DNA of 62,372 nucleotides, the filler included, from Circinaria calcarea (taxonomy: Eukaryota), in the NCBI GenBank assembly GCA_051942165.1. It is 13 parts of 13 records of this genome, joined end to end, with 100 filler letters (N's around TTAATTAATTAA, not from the genome) between each part and the next. Parts side by side here need not be neighbours in the genome. Positions count along the whole stretch, not along the records: positions 48,080 to 52,778 come from JAVECS010002221.1; positions 52,879 to 57,577 come from JAVECS010002222.1; positions 57,678 to 62,372 come from JAVECS010002223.1; 10 more parts are not named here. The stretch is one strand, 5' to 3'. Below the pieces are notes generated by a model. That model had not been told where the DNA came from. It worked only from the letters and a program-made list of their open reading frames with translations, and made no database searches. Of the stretch, positions 51,339 through 62,372 are shown piece after piece. Position 1 is the stretch's first letter. Each line of letters starts with the position of its first letter. The position numbers were made by a program, and so were the translations under genes.

Positions 51339-52429
51339 ATGGCGGATCCGACTGCCGCATCCGCGGCGCCAAATCCTGTGGTCTTTTTTGACCTAACCCT
51401 AGGAGGTGCGTGGGGAAATACTTTTGTCGTGTTTACTTGTCGTTTCGGAAAATCCAATGCGCTCTTGGTTTAGGCGATATGAGTATCGTCATTTGTTCGG
51501 CTTGCATTCGTGTCCCCTTTGTGAAGAGCGTCTGCAATGCTACATTCGACATTTCCTTTTACATACTTGCAATCATATAACTACATACCCATCTCTTCTT
51601 ACTCTCACCCAGAAACCCCCAGCCTATCTCACACCCCTAGGGAACCTCATATCTCTCCTTTGCTCACTGCTTAATATCCCCACTAATACAAACTCCCTTC
51701 CGACAGGCGAACCCCTCGGCCGCATAAAAATGGAACTCTTCGCCTCCACCGTCCCCAAAACGGCCGAGAACTTCCGCCAATTCTGCACCGGCGAGACCAA
51801 GAACGCCCAAGGCCGTCCACAAGGCTACAAGGGGAGTAAATTCCATCGGGTCGTATGTCCTTCCCTCACCCCCCCTTCTTTCATCATAACCCCACTCCAC
51901 CCCTACCTCTACCAAGACACTCGCCCGCTAACACTTCACCCGCTCTTCCACGTTTCATCAGATCCCCAACTTCATGATCCAAGGCGGCGACTTCCTCAAC
52001 GGCGACGGCACCGGCAGCACCTCCATCTACGGCACTAAATCCTTCGCCGACGAAAACTTTACCCTCAAACACGATACCGCCGGTTTGCTCAGCATGGCCG
52101 TATGGTCTCTTTTTCTCCCCATTCCCCCCTTTTTTTCTCTCGCTTCGCTAAAAGCAGCAAAAATAATATAGAATTCCGGCCCCAACACCAATGGCTCCCA
52201 ATTCTTCATCACCACCGTTTGTCCTCCCTCCCCCCATTTTCCCTTCATTTTCCAGCTCGCTAACACGCCCCCGGCGCACAAGGTCCCGACACCCTTCCTC
52301 AACAACAAACACGTCGTCTTCGGCCGCGTCGTCGACGGCATGGACGTGGTGCGCAAGGTAGAAAATACGCGGACCAGAGGCGAGAGGCCTGCGAGCGAAG
52401 TCGTGGTGGCCATGTGCGGGGAGATGTAG
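51339..52429 (+). CDS. PPIH: Peptidyl-prolyl cis-trans isomerase H (spliceosomal cyclophilin H)
   Basis: [23 protein letters not shown]...[11 protein letters not shown]...[28 protein letters not shown]...[20 protein letters not shown]|...KHVVFG...MCGEM*. Four introns. Confidence 0.92.
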
Positions 52430-52878
52430 ATGGATGGGGATGGATGGAGGGAAGGAGAGAAAAATGGAACGAGGGGAAGGGAGAAGAGAAAAGGAAATGG
52501 GGGAAGTTTGGTTCGCACTCACGCACTTATGATTTTAAGATAGATAACACGAACCATGTCTGAACCAGGAGGCCACAGACAAACCGACAGAAACATTCCT
52601 AGCCCCACGAAGTTTTGAAGTTTGAAAAAATAAGAACACTTGGCATGCCCCTTTATGATCTCCTAACCAAACTCTAAACACCCCACCTCACATACATATA
52701 TACATATATATAGTTTAATGTAGTACGGTGAGTGCTACTACACGACCTGTTGGTGGAACCACTATGGCATTGAAGGTTNNNNNNNNNNNNNNNNNNNNNN
52801 NNNNNNNNNNNNNNNNNNNNNNTTAATTAATTAANNNNNNNNNNNNNNNNNNNNNNNNNNNNNNNNNNNNNNNNNNNN

Positions 52879-55240
52879 GAGCCACGTTCTTGATATGCTC
52901 CACCCGACGGGTGTAATTCATAAAACATTTGAGCAAACGCAAGAATATCGAATTCTCTCCGACGACCGATTCAGAATCTAATGCCTTGATTTGGGCCAGA
53001 TATGCCTTGCATATTACAATGTTGGCGTCAAATGAATCACTCGTGTACTCATTCAACATATCTTGCACAGCTCTCGTCTGCAAGAAATCCCTAACCGTCC
53101 GGTGTAGAAAATCAACAGAGCGTGAGAAGAACAGAGGCTCCCTATCGGCATTATAGACTTCAAGCAAATCTTTGCAGCGACTATTTAAGCGTCGTTCCAT
53201 TGACTGGTGTCGATCATCTATCTCTGCCCGTTCATACATCCTGACTTTGGCCTTGATGGCAAAGTCAGGGTCTGGTTCAAGAACAAAAGAATACGTCAGA
53301 AGCGAAAGCGGATGTTCTTGTGCGGTCATGGCGACATCAAACAATTGCTTTGCTTGCTCGAGGTAGAATGGATCGAGCGTACTCATCATATGCTTGAAGT
53401 ATTCCTCGAGATCCGCAGGTATCAATCTTAGCCTTCGCTGTAAGTCTTGGATGCCATCCTCATTCTGGAGACCTTGCAGTAGCGATCGTACAACCAGGTA
53501 GACCCAGAGAAACACGCCCGCCGCCTTATTAACAATCTCTTCTACTAGCCGCGAGCAACCACTGGCATCTTCCTCCTTGAGTTTGCTAAAACGCACATCC
53601 TTCACTAGTTCGCTATGGACGTAGCGCTCGATATCCTGATAGGTCAACTCCTGAAGGAGCAGTTTAGAGCAGTGTGCGAATGAATCTTCAAATATAAGCC
53701 ACGGTCGACTTGAGACACAGACTTTGACATCCGGAGAATCCGAGATTTCTTTGAAAAGATCAACTATTTCGGTACGAGCGGTATCATCTCCTTCAAATTC
53801 ATCAAGACCGTCAATGAAGAAGCACACTTTCGAAGAAGCTGCGGCTTCATGCACAAGTTTTCGGAATGCGTCTAGCAGTTCGGTGTTTGTGTATGGCCCT
53901 GGATCCAATATCCCTAATTCGTAGGATTGCCAGCGCCAGGGAAATACTGCCCTCATCCACTCCGGACACTGTGATAATAGTTCGTAAAGTAAAGACAGAA
54001 GAAGGCCTGTCAGCGATCGTTGCATCGGCGTTCCTGGATTCCAGAAGAAGCAACTCGCAATCACGAGTTTGCTCGGGTTAGCCCAATTGCGGAGATAATT
54101 CTTAGTACGCTGATCGTCATACAGATATCTCATGAGAGTTGATTTGCCCGATCCAGCCTTCCCAGTCATCCAGTATAGGTTGTCATTACCGTCGCTACGG
54201 AGCAACCAGTTCACCAAATTCGACCATCGGATTGTTCGTTTGGAGTCAACCTCGAGCGCCCAGTTGAAGGTTTCCGCATGCGCTTTGGGAATCCGAGAGT
54301 GACGTTCTTTCAATTGTGGAAGTATAGACTGTGCAACATTTTGTCCTGTATGGTCCTAGCTTTTTCCTCCTCCATAGCTCTAAATACCTCCTCAGATAGA
54401 TCTTGTAGAATCACCTTTTTTGGGTTCTCAGTTTGCCATTTGTCCACGATCTGTCGCCTTTGTTCCCAACAACACCTACGCTCTTTGAATTGCTTCAGAT
54501 CCTCTTCTACCTTCATGAGTCTTTCCTCCTCAGTGAGCCTGAGTGATTGTAAGAGTACTTTGGCGTGAGAGGGCTTGTCCAACTGATTGTACTGGTCTGA
54601 CACTCTCCTCAACTCTTCAGACAAACCGGTAACTTGATCCCCAACTCGAAGATTCAATTGCTGTATTTCATTCAGTATGTTTCGTTCCATGTGCTTGTCA
54701 TTCTCGAGTATGGAGTTTGAGTTGGAATGTTGTTGTGTGCTGAACAGGTGGCTTTAGCATAGTTGAACAGTCGATCAAGCCGGAGGCGTATTACCTGATA
54801 ACCACCAGTAAATGAACCACCATTTCCTCTCTGGCCAGTTGGAGCCGATGTAGCATGACTTGAATATCCTCCTTCTGCCATATTGTCTTCAAAGCCTGGC
54901 GAAAGCTTTTCCACTTCCGATGAGCTCCATCGACTTTGAGTCGGTTGAGGGCCTCGACGAACTCGAGGGCTACGGTCTCGCACTCCCTCGCGACGTCCTG
55001 CAGAGCATTTTCCTCATACGAGGCCTGTTTGGCGGGTGAAAATATCTCGGAAGACTTGGCCAGATTTTGGCTCAGGGTTGCAAACTTGTTGGCGATAGCT
55101 TCAAGTTTACGATTCTCTGTCAAGACTCCATCAGCGCTTTTATAATATTGATTGCCTTTCGAAATCAGCTTGGTTGTAAAACCCGTGAACTGAACAATCG
55201 AAGTGGCAAGGCCAACGGCGGCTAGAGCTTCAAGCACCAT
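52879..55240 (-). CDS. NACHT-domain NLR-like protein with N-terminal helical (SesA/HeLo-like) domain; one frameshift near 54318; 3' end in the gap
   Basis: MVLEALAAVGLATSIVQF N-terminus, intron 54740-54794, Walker A GKAGSGKST, Walker B CFFIDGLDEF, VCVSSRPW, KAAGVFLWV and FLHRTVRDFL. Confidence 0.88.
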
Positions 55241-56808
55241 ACTGCAAACATAATAATTTCCTTTCCTTGGTAGAATCGAAAACCAGCGATACTTTCCCAC
55301 TATCACGGCCTAATGTACTTTGCCGATCGAGGCTGACAGGTAGGAAGCCTTGCCGCCTGCCTGTAACCCCACATAGCCAGAATTCCAATTATGAGATTGG
55401 GTTAAATTACTATGGTACTACGGCAGCTTAATCTTAGGAATATCTCGGCATTGATTGCATCTTCCAAGTGCGTGATCGTGCATTAGCAGGAACGTTAAAC
55501 AATAGAGCTGAAAGTTTCCACTCCCTACAGCGCGAGTCTTTACTCCGGAACAAAAATCCTCTACATTCAACGTCTTGCATGAATCGACCAGGCTGTGATG
55601 TATATGTGAGGCGTACTCCAGTATTACTTTTGCTTATGCGCCTCGGTTGATTCCTCAACGACCCCGTCCGGAAATTCTCGCATTCCCATCACTCACAAAC
55701 CCCACTCCGTTGAAATACGGAGTATGATCTTCCATATCGACGGCAGTCAAGCACAGGCAAAGGTCATATACGGAGGAGAAGAACCAAAGAGAGCCCAATC
55801 GCACCCACAACAGCACAACGAGTAAACTGATAGGCAACGTGAAGCAAGCAATAGTATCGCCCTGGAAAACCATGTCGGCATCACAGTGAAACAATGATTC
55901 GTTGGGTGGTTCCAGAGTCCAGTCGTGAAGATCATGGCCGTCAATTGAATATAACCACGCTCCATAGCAGTGCAAACCAGTTTAAGTCTCCTGTTCTACC
56001 GCACCCCAAGTCAAAGGAGTCAGGTACACACAGTAGCTCCAACGCCCGAAAAAGCACATACGAAGAAACCGACCCGTCCAACTCTGTACCCATCGACTAA
56101 AAGTAAAGCGCACCGAATTAATCGAAACCAAAGGTTTTCTGCCCCATCCCATCCTAATATAAAGACCCAAGAAAAACCAATACAGTACAAATCACCCATT
56201 CTTACAACCACCAAAAAACCCGCCCACTCAAACCTTCGCACACCGAGCAAAAACTCCATATCAACGTGGTTATATAACTTACCTAGTCTAAAACCCAATC
56301 ATCGCCTGTTTTGGAAATACTTATATATAAGGCCGGGAGGAGGGCCCCCGAATCCGATCCGAGAGGCACCAGGAGTTTCGGTAAATTTCTCTGTTGAAAA
56401 ATGTACAAAGTAAATAAGGAGGGGATGGAAGAAGGAAATGGGGGCGGTTTCGGTGGTGCCGGAATGGGTACGGTAGGTACTTGATCACTTTTTGAATATG
56501 CAGTACTCTCCTAAGTCTCACTGCGGGCAGATTCCACCTTGCGATGAAACCACGGGATCGATAACCCCCTCTACAATCTACCCCGTGCCTTGAAGCCCCA
56601 AGGCCCCAGCCCAGGCCCCAACCATATAAAGTGTCACCGTTCGCCCATCCACTGTTCGTCGATGAAAATCTTATTGGCTAGGGAACAGTACAAAATTCCC
56701 CTGTGCCCGCTATTAAAAGCACCATCTTCTTCCAGAATCCGAAGATCAACCAAGAAGCCATGCCCCCGGGGACGGTCGACCGTTGACTGTTTCAAAAGAA
56801 CCCAAACT

Positions 56809-57577
56809 TCAAGGCTTGAACGCAGTTATCCACAACATGGCCCCTCCTACCACCATCCTGGTTCCCAAAACAACATAAACTTCAAACCTCTCCGTCCCAT
56901 CCGGAACTTCAACCATACCAGTGCTCATACAGCCCTTGCAGTGGCTGTCGCCTCCCCGCACAGGCAGCCACGCCGGCCCGCCATGAAAGATGCCATACTT
57001 CATTGCCTGGATCCTCATGCTCTGCGCAATCACTGAACGATGCGGGTCCAGGCCCGTCAGGATCGCTTCGACCGCGTAGACCTTCTGACCCGTGGGTGGA
57101 ATACCCAATTGCCCCGCACCTGCTGCCGTGGAACGCTCCATCTCATTCCTGGCAAGGACGACGAAATCATTTGTGCTGATGCAAAAGGCAGTCTTGTAGA
57201 GGCTTGCTTGCTTGCCGGGATCGACGCAAAACTCGGTGGGGTGACAGCTGCCGCGGAAGTTGTTTAGGCCGAAACCTTGTGGACCCCTACAGTAGCCGGC
57301 GTACGACTGGGGATTGAGGCCGCGGTTGCAATGGGAGTATGCGAACTGGTAGCGTGGGGAGCATTGGTTGATTATGCGGGAAGCTGCTCTTTTGCGAGTT
57401 GTCGGGGAGGGGAGATTGCGGTAATTGTGGAGGATGGTTACGTTGCTGGAGATATCCTCGCCGGTTGAGTCTGTGAAAGTGAATTTGAAAAGGGATGCGG
57501 GAAGGCTGGTACCGTTTACAGTTAGTTTTGAGTCGTCTCTCAAGATTGGAACCTTGGGTACTTACTTTGAATCATTG
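56809..57577 (-). CDS. Hypothetical Cys-containing protein, probably secreted (5' end in the gap)
   Basis: 244-aa ORF with a probable GTAAGT..CTAAC..CAG intron near 57506-57565. A dibasic RKR site is followed by a domain with 8 Cys. No signal peptide visible because the start is missing. Confidence 0.6.
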
Positions 57578-57677
57578 NNNNNNNNNNNNNNNNNNNNNNN
57601 NNNNNNNNNNNNNNNNNNNNNTTAATTAATTAANNNNNNNNNNNNNNNNNNNNNNNNNNNNNNNNNNNNNNNNNNNN

Positions 57678-58386
57678 CCCCCACCCTACACCCCTTCCTC
57701 TTCCTCTCCGCGACTCCCCACTGCACCTCTACCACCTCCTCGTAGCCCTCCGTCCCCCGCGCCAACACAAAGCACCAGCTAGCATCCGCCCACCGTCCCA
57801 GGTGCAAACAGCACAATCCGCGCTGGAACTGTGCCTTGCCGACCGAATCCTGCCCCAGCTCCGCTTCCTTGGCCAGCTGCAGCGCTTCCTCGGCGTGCAT
57901 GAGCGCGAGGGGCAGAGAGCCGTTGGAGCGCAAGATGGCGGAGAGCAGGAGTGTCGCATTGACGCGGCGAGAAGGCGCGAGGGTCGGGGACGTGAGCAGG
58001 TGGGAGAGGTAGGAGAGGGCGATTTGCGGGGACGATTTCACCCAGGCGGTTTCGGCGGGGATGAGGAGGGGATCCGAGGACGTGAGCCAGGTGCCACCGA
58101 TCCAGTCCGGGTTTTTAGGCACAGGGATAGGGTTGGTGGGGATGGGAATGGAAATGGAAATTAGGGGGACAGCCGCACTGGGACTGGCGTGCATTCTCGT
58201 CACGGCTGCCTGCTGCTTTTGGATGAGCGTGTGGGATTCGGCGAGGAGGCTGGTGAGCTCTTTGTTTTGGCGCTGCAGCTCGTGGATGGCGGATTGGGCG
58301 CGGGTGAGTTTTTGGCGGAGGATCGAGTGGGAGGTGAGGATGGAGGAGAGGAGGGTTTGGAGGTCTTGGAGGGGTGAGGTGGGCAT
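57678..58386 (-). CDS. Hypothetical coiled-coil + TPR-like protein (3' end in the gap)
   Basis: N-terminal heptad-rich region and C-terminal helical repeat AEEALQLAKEA...GKAQFQRGLCCLHLGRWADASWCFVLA. Confidence 0.7.
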
Positions 58387-58965
58387 TTTGAGGAACCCGG
58401 GGTAGTCGAGTGGGGGTTTCAGCGGGTGTCACTTGGATGAGGTGAGTGGGAAACATCGAGTATACATAGTAAAGCTTAAACGCCGAGTAAATTAAATATA
58501 AAGTTCTCGCAAAGAATTGCATAATTGACGTTGAGAAAGGTGTACAAAGGCAAGTCGCGCCCACGGCAAGAAATCTCATACAAACAAGCACATCATTCTC
58601 TTTGACAAGATGGGGATTTTCGAGTAACAATTTCAAAGTCGCAGACAACCTTTCGATGGAACAAGCATCATGCGCAAATCCGTTCGCGGGTAAACGTCTT
58701 AACAAACCGGTATTCCTCAATTACGAACCTTATCTCCGGATCCGGAGTCGCTTAGATGCATATGCTCACGAACAAAGACTCAATCCTTCAAAAGGGGCAT
58801 CCATGAAGAGGCTTGACGTCTACTCAATACCTGATAGTCAACGTTTGTTGTACATCCCGTTCTGCCCGTATAGCCTTTGGAACAAACACTCAGCAGCTTC
58901 TTTGCAAAGATGTTGGAATCACCTGAAAAGTCTCGTAAGCACTCCCCTTCTTCAATGTCCTCGGC

Positions 58966-60266
58966 ATGCGTGAGGTTGAAGGAAAAAGAAACCTAGATAA
59001 TGCAAAAGAGACGCTAACACCGATCATGGTAAAGCGACCGCCCAAAGTTCACGCGACAGCAGCGTGACAGAAGAGCAAGAGGATGGCAGCTCTGGGAGCC
59101 TCCATGTCACGGGAGAGGAGTTCCGACCTCTCCTAGATAATCCACCGCCTGATCTGGGGAATACTTTCGTCGAAAACGGTGTAGTCAAGACCTTGTTCAC
59201 CCCAGGGGAACGTATACGGATCGACACGGAGCCTACTATCGTCGAAAACCTACTGAAACACTTCCACGATCCTCCTTTGGATACCAGTTCAACAGAATTC
59301 GGTCCCGGCCAAGGAAAGAAAGGTGTCGTCCATGGCAAGTTTCTCAAAGTTGTTGACGACTTGGCTAAGCAGTTGGGCCCTAATGCTCCACCTCGCGAAC
59401 CGAAAGATTGGTGGGAGCAGTTTGACGAAGAAAACCGTGCCGTGAGGCGGGAACATTTCAAGGAGTTCAAGGCTGCGAAAGAAGATAACGAGCAGATGCT
59501 GAGGATGTTTCTTCTGACAGCAGGGAAGAAACAACGCGAAGCGGCGATGGAAGTACGGCTGTGGAAGCAAAAGTTCAATGATCAAGTGAAAAACGCTGCT
59601 GCGATGGATACAGATAAAGTCAATGCAATGATCAAAGGCCTTCGCAACAAAAAGAAACTTTCAGAACCCATATACTCTAGCGATGACACCCGAGCCGAGG
59701 AGAACACGGGAAAGGCCCATTTCCTTTGGGACAACTTAAATGACAATATTCAACAGACACATGTCGAGACTCTACTTGCAAGAGCAAAGTGCATGTGGGT
59801 GTTGCGAGACTGGAGCACCATGCTGACAAGAAGCGAACAAGCCATCGCCATGGCAAAGGAACTTGACTATCCACCCTTGGATGCCAGGTGCGAATTCTAC
59901 CTCGGAGTCGCGGAGTACGGGTCAAGAAACTTTAGCCAGGCTTATGCATCTTTTGAAAATGCTAGTGCTTGCATTGGAAAATACTGGGAAGGGAGCCAGC
60001 TCAGAGGATGGCAGGTGAAAGCCGACAAGGCAATGAAAGAATCGCCACCCCTATCGGGAAAATCTGGCTCAGGCGGATTGCCTTTCACACCCCCACTAGC
60101 CTCACCATCCAAACAAAGACGTTGGAAAGGTCAGCCAGGACCTCACGGTGGAGAGCGTTTGGCCGGGTTCCCTGGTTCAGGTGACGGCTCGGAAGGCGAC
60201 GAGGGAGGATCCATCGGCGATGAACATAGTAACCCCAACGACGGCTCTGATGAAGTTCCGGATTGA
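58966..60266 (+). CDS. Hypothetical coiled-coil + TPR-like protein (~410 aa; start inferred)
   Basis: 400-aa ORF lacking an early ATG. A 4-nt ATGC exon plus GTGAGG..CTAAC..AAG intron (58970-59034) would supply a start. Helical repeat SEQAIAMAKEL...ARCEFYLGVAEYGSRNFSQAYASFENA. Confidence 0.7.
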
Positions 60267-60467
60267 AGTGGTCGTTCATTTTGAACTCGAATACGGAGTT
60301 TTATTGGAGAGAAGCCCAGTGACAAGTATAATTATGTACCATTGGTTCCATCAAGTCTGTTCGAGTTGAAGCTCCACAGGAAGAAGTACCTAGAATCCAA
60401 TGCATGAGACTTGGCCAAGACAGTCCTTGATTATAAATGTGTTTATGTGATCTTCGATATATCAAAA

Positions 60468-61699
60468 TTAGGGGAACACAGTCTGTAGTGGCAAATGCCA
60501 AACGTAGCTCGCAACTACCATACCTGATATACTCATGATCGTTGCCATCGCAAGATTGACCGCATTGTTGTCGAGTAGGTCCAGTCCAGATTCAACTTTC
60601 CGGCTAGCCTTACCATCTTTTTTGCTACGGGGAGATTGGGTAGGCACCTAAGTGGTTGCATTTAGTAGCCTTCTCGTACAAAGCATCCCTTGAACGATAA
60701 CCTACCTTCTTTCCTCCACTTCCCTCGATTACTTTGCCAGTCCTAGCATCCACGACGCTCGCTTGAAGCCAGCCTCCCAAGAAGCTATCTAGAAGACTGC
60801 CAAGTCCACCCCATAGCGTTACCGCAATAACCCACAGACATTTGTCTTGCCAACGCCACCCACTTCGCCCTACATAAGTGGACATGTTATCCCCAAAAAT
60901 CCGTGCTGCTAGGTGTGGTGGGCACAAGGGTAAGAGAATCACGGATGTCAACGCGATTGTTAATGCCCCGAGGAAACCAGCTAACGTCCCGGCAAGGGTT
61001 ACGCCACCATTTGTGCCTGGTGGAACCTCGCGTAAATTCCATGAAGTGATCAGCCTCGGTTTACTCCTTGACAAGATACCAAGCTCAGAAGAGAACGTGT
61101 CGGCGGCCACTGCGGCATAATTACTAGAGCCTGTCAGCCCGTTTATCATAGTACAGGGTGCGGCGAAAAGAGGTCTCCTACTTACCAAACTATACCTACA
61201 ACTAATAGATCTTGCCCATATGGCCAGCAACTTGATCTCCTTCCCACGGATTTTTCTTCACGGAGAAGCTGTCGGTAATGAAGCAGTATGAGACTCGACG
61301 CCACGATAGAGTTTGCCAGAACCTGTACATGTGTTCGGGGCTCTTCACCTCCCGATAGACCTTTAGAAGTCAAGGTCAATCGGCTCTTAACATCGTGTTT
61401 GACCTAAGATCCAGTAAATATCGGATTTGGAAAACAGTCTACTTTTTCTCTGAAAGGTACCTTTGTGACGGCGGTTCCTCCGAGGAAGAAAACCACCAAT
61501 AGGGCAAAGAACACGCTGATTAAAATAAGCTGAGCTTTGATGGGAAACCCGATCAATGGCGAATTTACCTCCAAGGATGGATGGCGTGAACTGCGGCAGT
61601 GAGGGTGGCGACCGCAATACCAGCAGGCGTCAGTGATTTATTACTCCATGCTCGCCAAACCAAGGCCGCTACAGCTGGAACAGCGACGTAAGGGTGCAT
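60468..61699 (-). CDS. DUF92 / TMEM19-family integral membrane protein
   Basis: SLTPAG...HAIHPW, PRTHVQVLANS, NYAAVAADTFSSELGIL, VPPGTNGGVTLAG, GSLLDSFLG and LLDNNAVNL motifs. Several introns. Confidence 0.92.
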
Positions 61700-62372
61700 C
61701 TTGTTTACCGATTGCGAGTTGTTGAATTTGGAGCTGGCAACAACTCCCGAGCATGTAGATATTACCCTTCACTAGCCATTTACATTTCAGCCTTGCGATT
61801 CGTCTACCCCGCATCCCGCCTTCTCTGGAACTATTGCCTGACAAGGCTGACAATAATAAAGGTGATCTCAATACCACAGACTACGCGCTACCTATTTTCC
61901 CAACGATTCCATAGCCTTCTCATCCTCCGTCTATACTATGGAAGGAAAAGGCGGCGGGAGGCGGAAAGACTTTCACGTACTTTGCCACCGGAGCAATGGG
62001 TTACGTATATCCACACAACGACCTATACGTACAAAATAGAGCTATCTCGCCCCGAGAGCCAGAAACGATGCCAAAGGTCAGAGATTGTGCAGCTGAGGAC
62101 TGTCGCGCGGGTTATCGATATGGAAAACAGCCCGGACGGTTGATAATGAGTTCTCATGATCGAACTCCAGAACCCCTTTGTGGATGCAAACGAGTCGAAG
62201 AGGAACGCGACAGAGAGGCCATGTAATATATGAGCTCGAGTGAAGATCGAGAAAAGTGTGTGCGACAGGAAAAAGGCCGACGGTGGGATACAATAATAAT
62301 AATAATAAAAAAAAGAATAAGAAAGAAACTCCGAGATCTCCATCCGAAAAGGCCCCCCCTTTCCACCTTTCC

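Noticed and set aside
59024..59578. Long antisense ORFs overlapping real genes (also 9574-10092, 12152-12595, 39008-39475, 52027-52518)
   Set aside because: Shadow ORFs opposite well-supported genes, with no recognisable motifs.
61694..62226. ORFs of 149 aa and 76 aa next to the DUF92 gene start
   Set aside because: No recognisable domain or convincing gene model; one overlaps the DUF92 start region.

Overview
Filamentous ascomycete (Pezizomycotina) nuclear DNA; the species cannot be determined from this window. The window is 13 unrelated contigs of ~4.7 kb, sorted by decreasing length (4715, 4714, 4714, 4713, 4706 ... 4699). They are joined by artificial 100-nt spacers (44 N + TTAATTAATTAA + 44 N), so gene order is meaningful only within a contig. 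Most contigs carry intron-containing housekeeping genes: AdSS, MRPL22, ARG7/SEC8, CCT1/ProRS, HST4/MED16, ADA3, cyclophilin H, a RING-H2 protein and a DUF92 protein. There are also a dispersed 5S rRNA gene and a 5S pseudogene, a DTD-motif CarO-like rhodopsin, a fumarylacetoacetase + CYP504 (phenylacetate hydroxylase) pair and a frameshifted NACHT/NLR-like gene. The most unusual structure is contig 43280-47979: an intact secreted GH5 endoglucanase gene enclosed by two >=600-bp inverted repeats built from a 23-bp GCATA-rich minisatellite plus a ~230-bp unique arm, a candidate cargo-carrying foldback or composite transposon. Other candidates are a tandem SprT-like metalloprotease pair in which one copy has HEXXH changed to HQXXH, a TA-flanked MITE whose family TIRs bracket the 5S gene, a head-to-head pair of coiled-coil/TPR-like genes, and a possible intronic H/ACA snoRNA. 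All protein identities come from motif recognition, not database searches.
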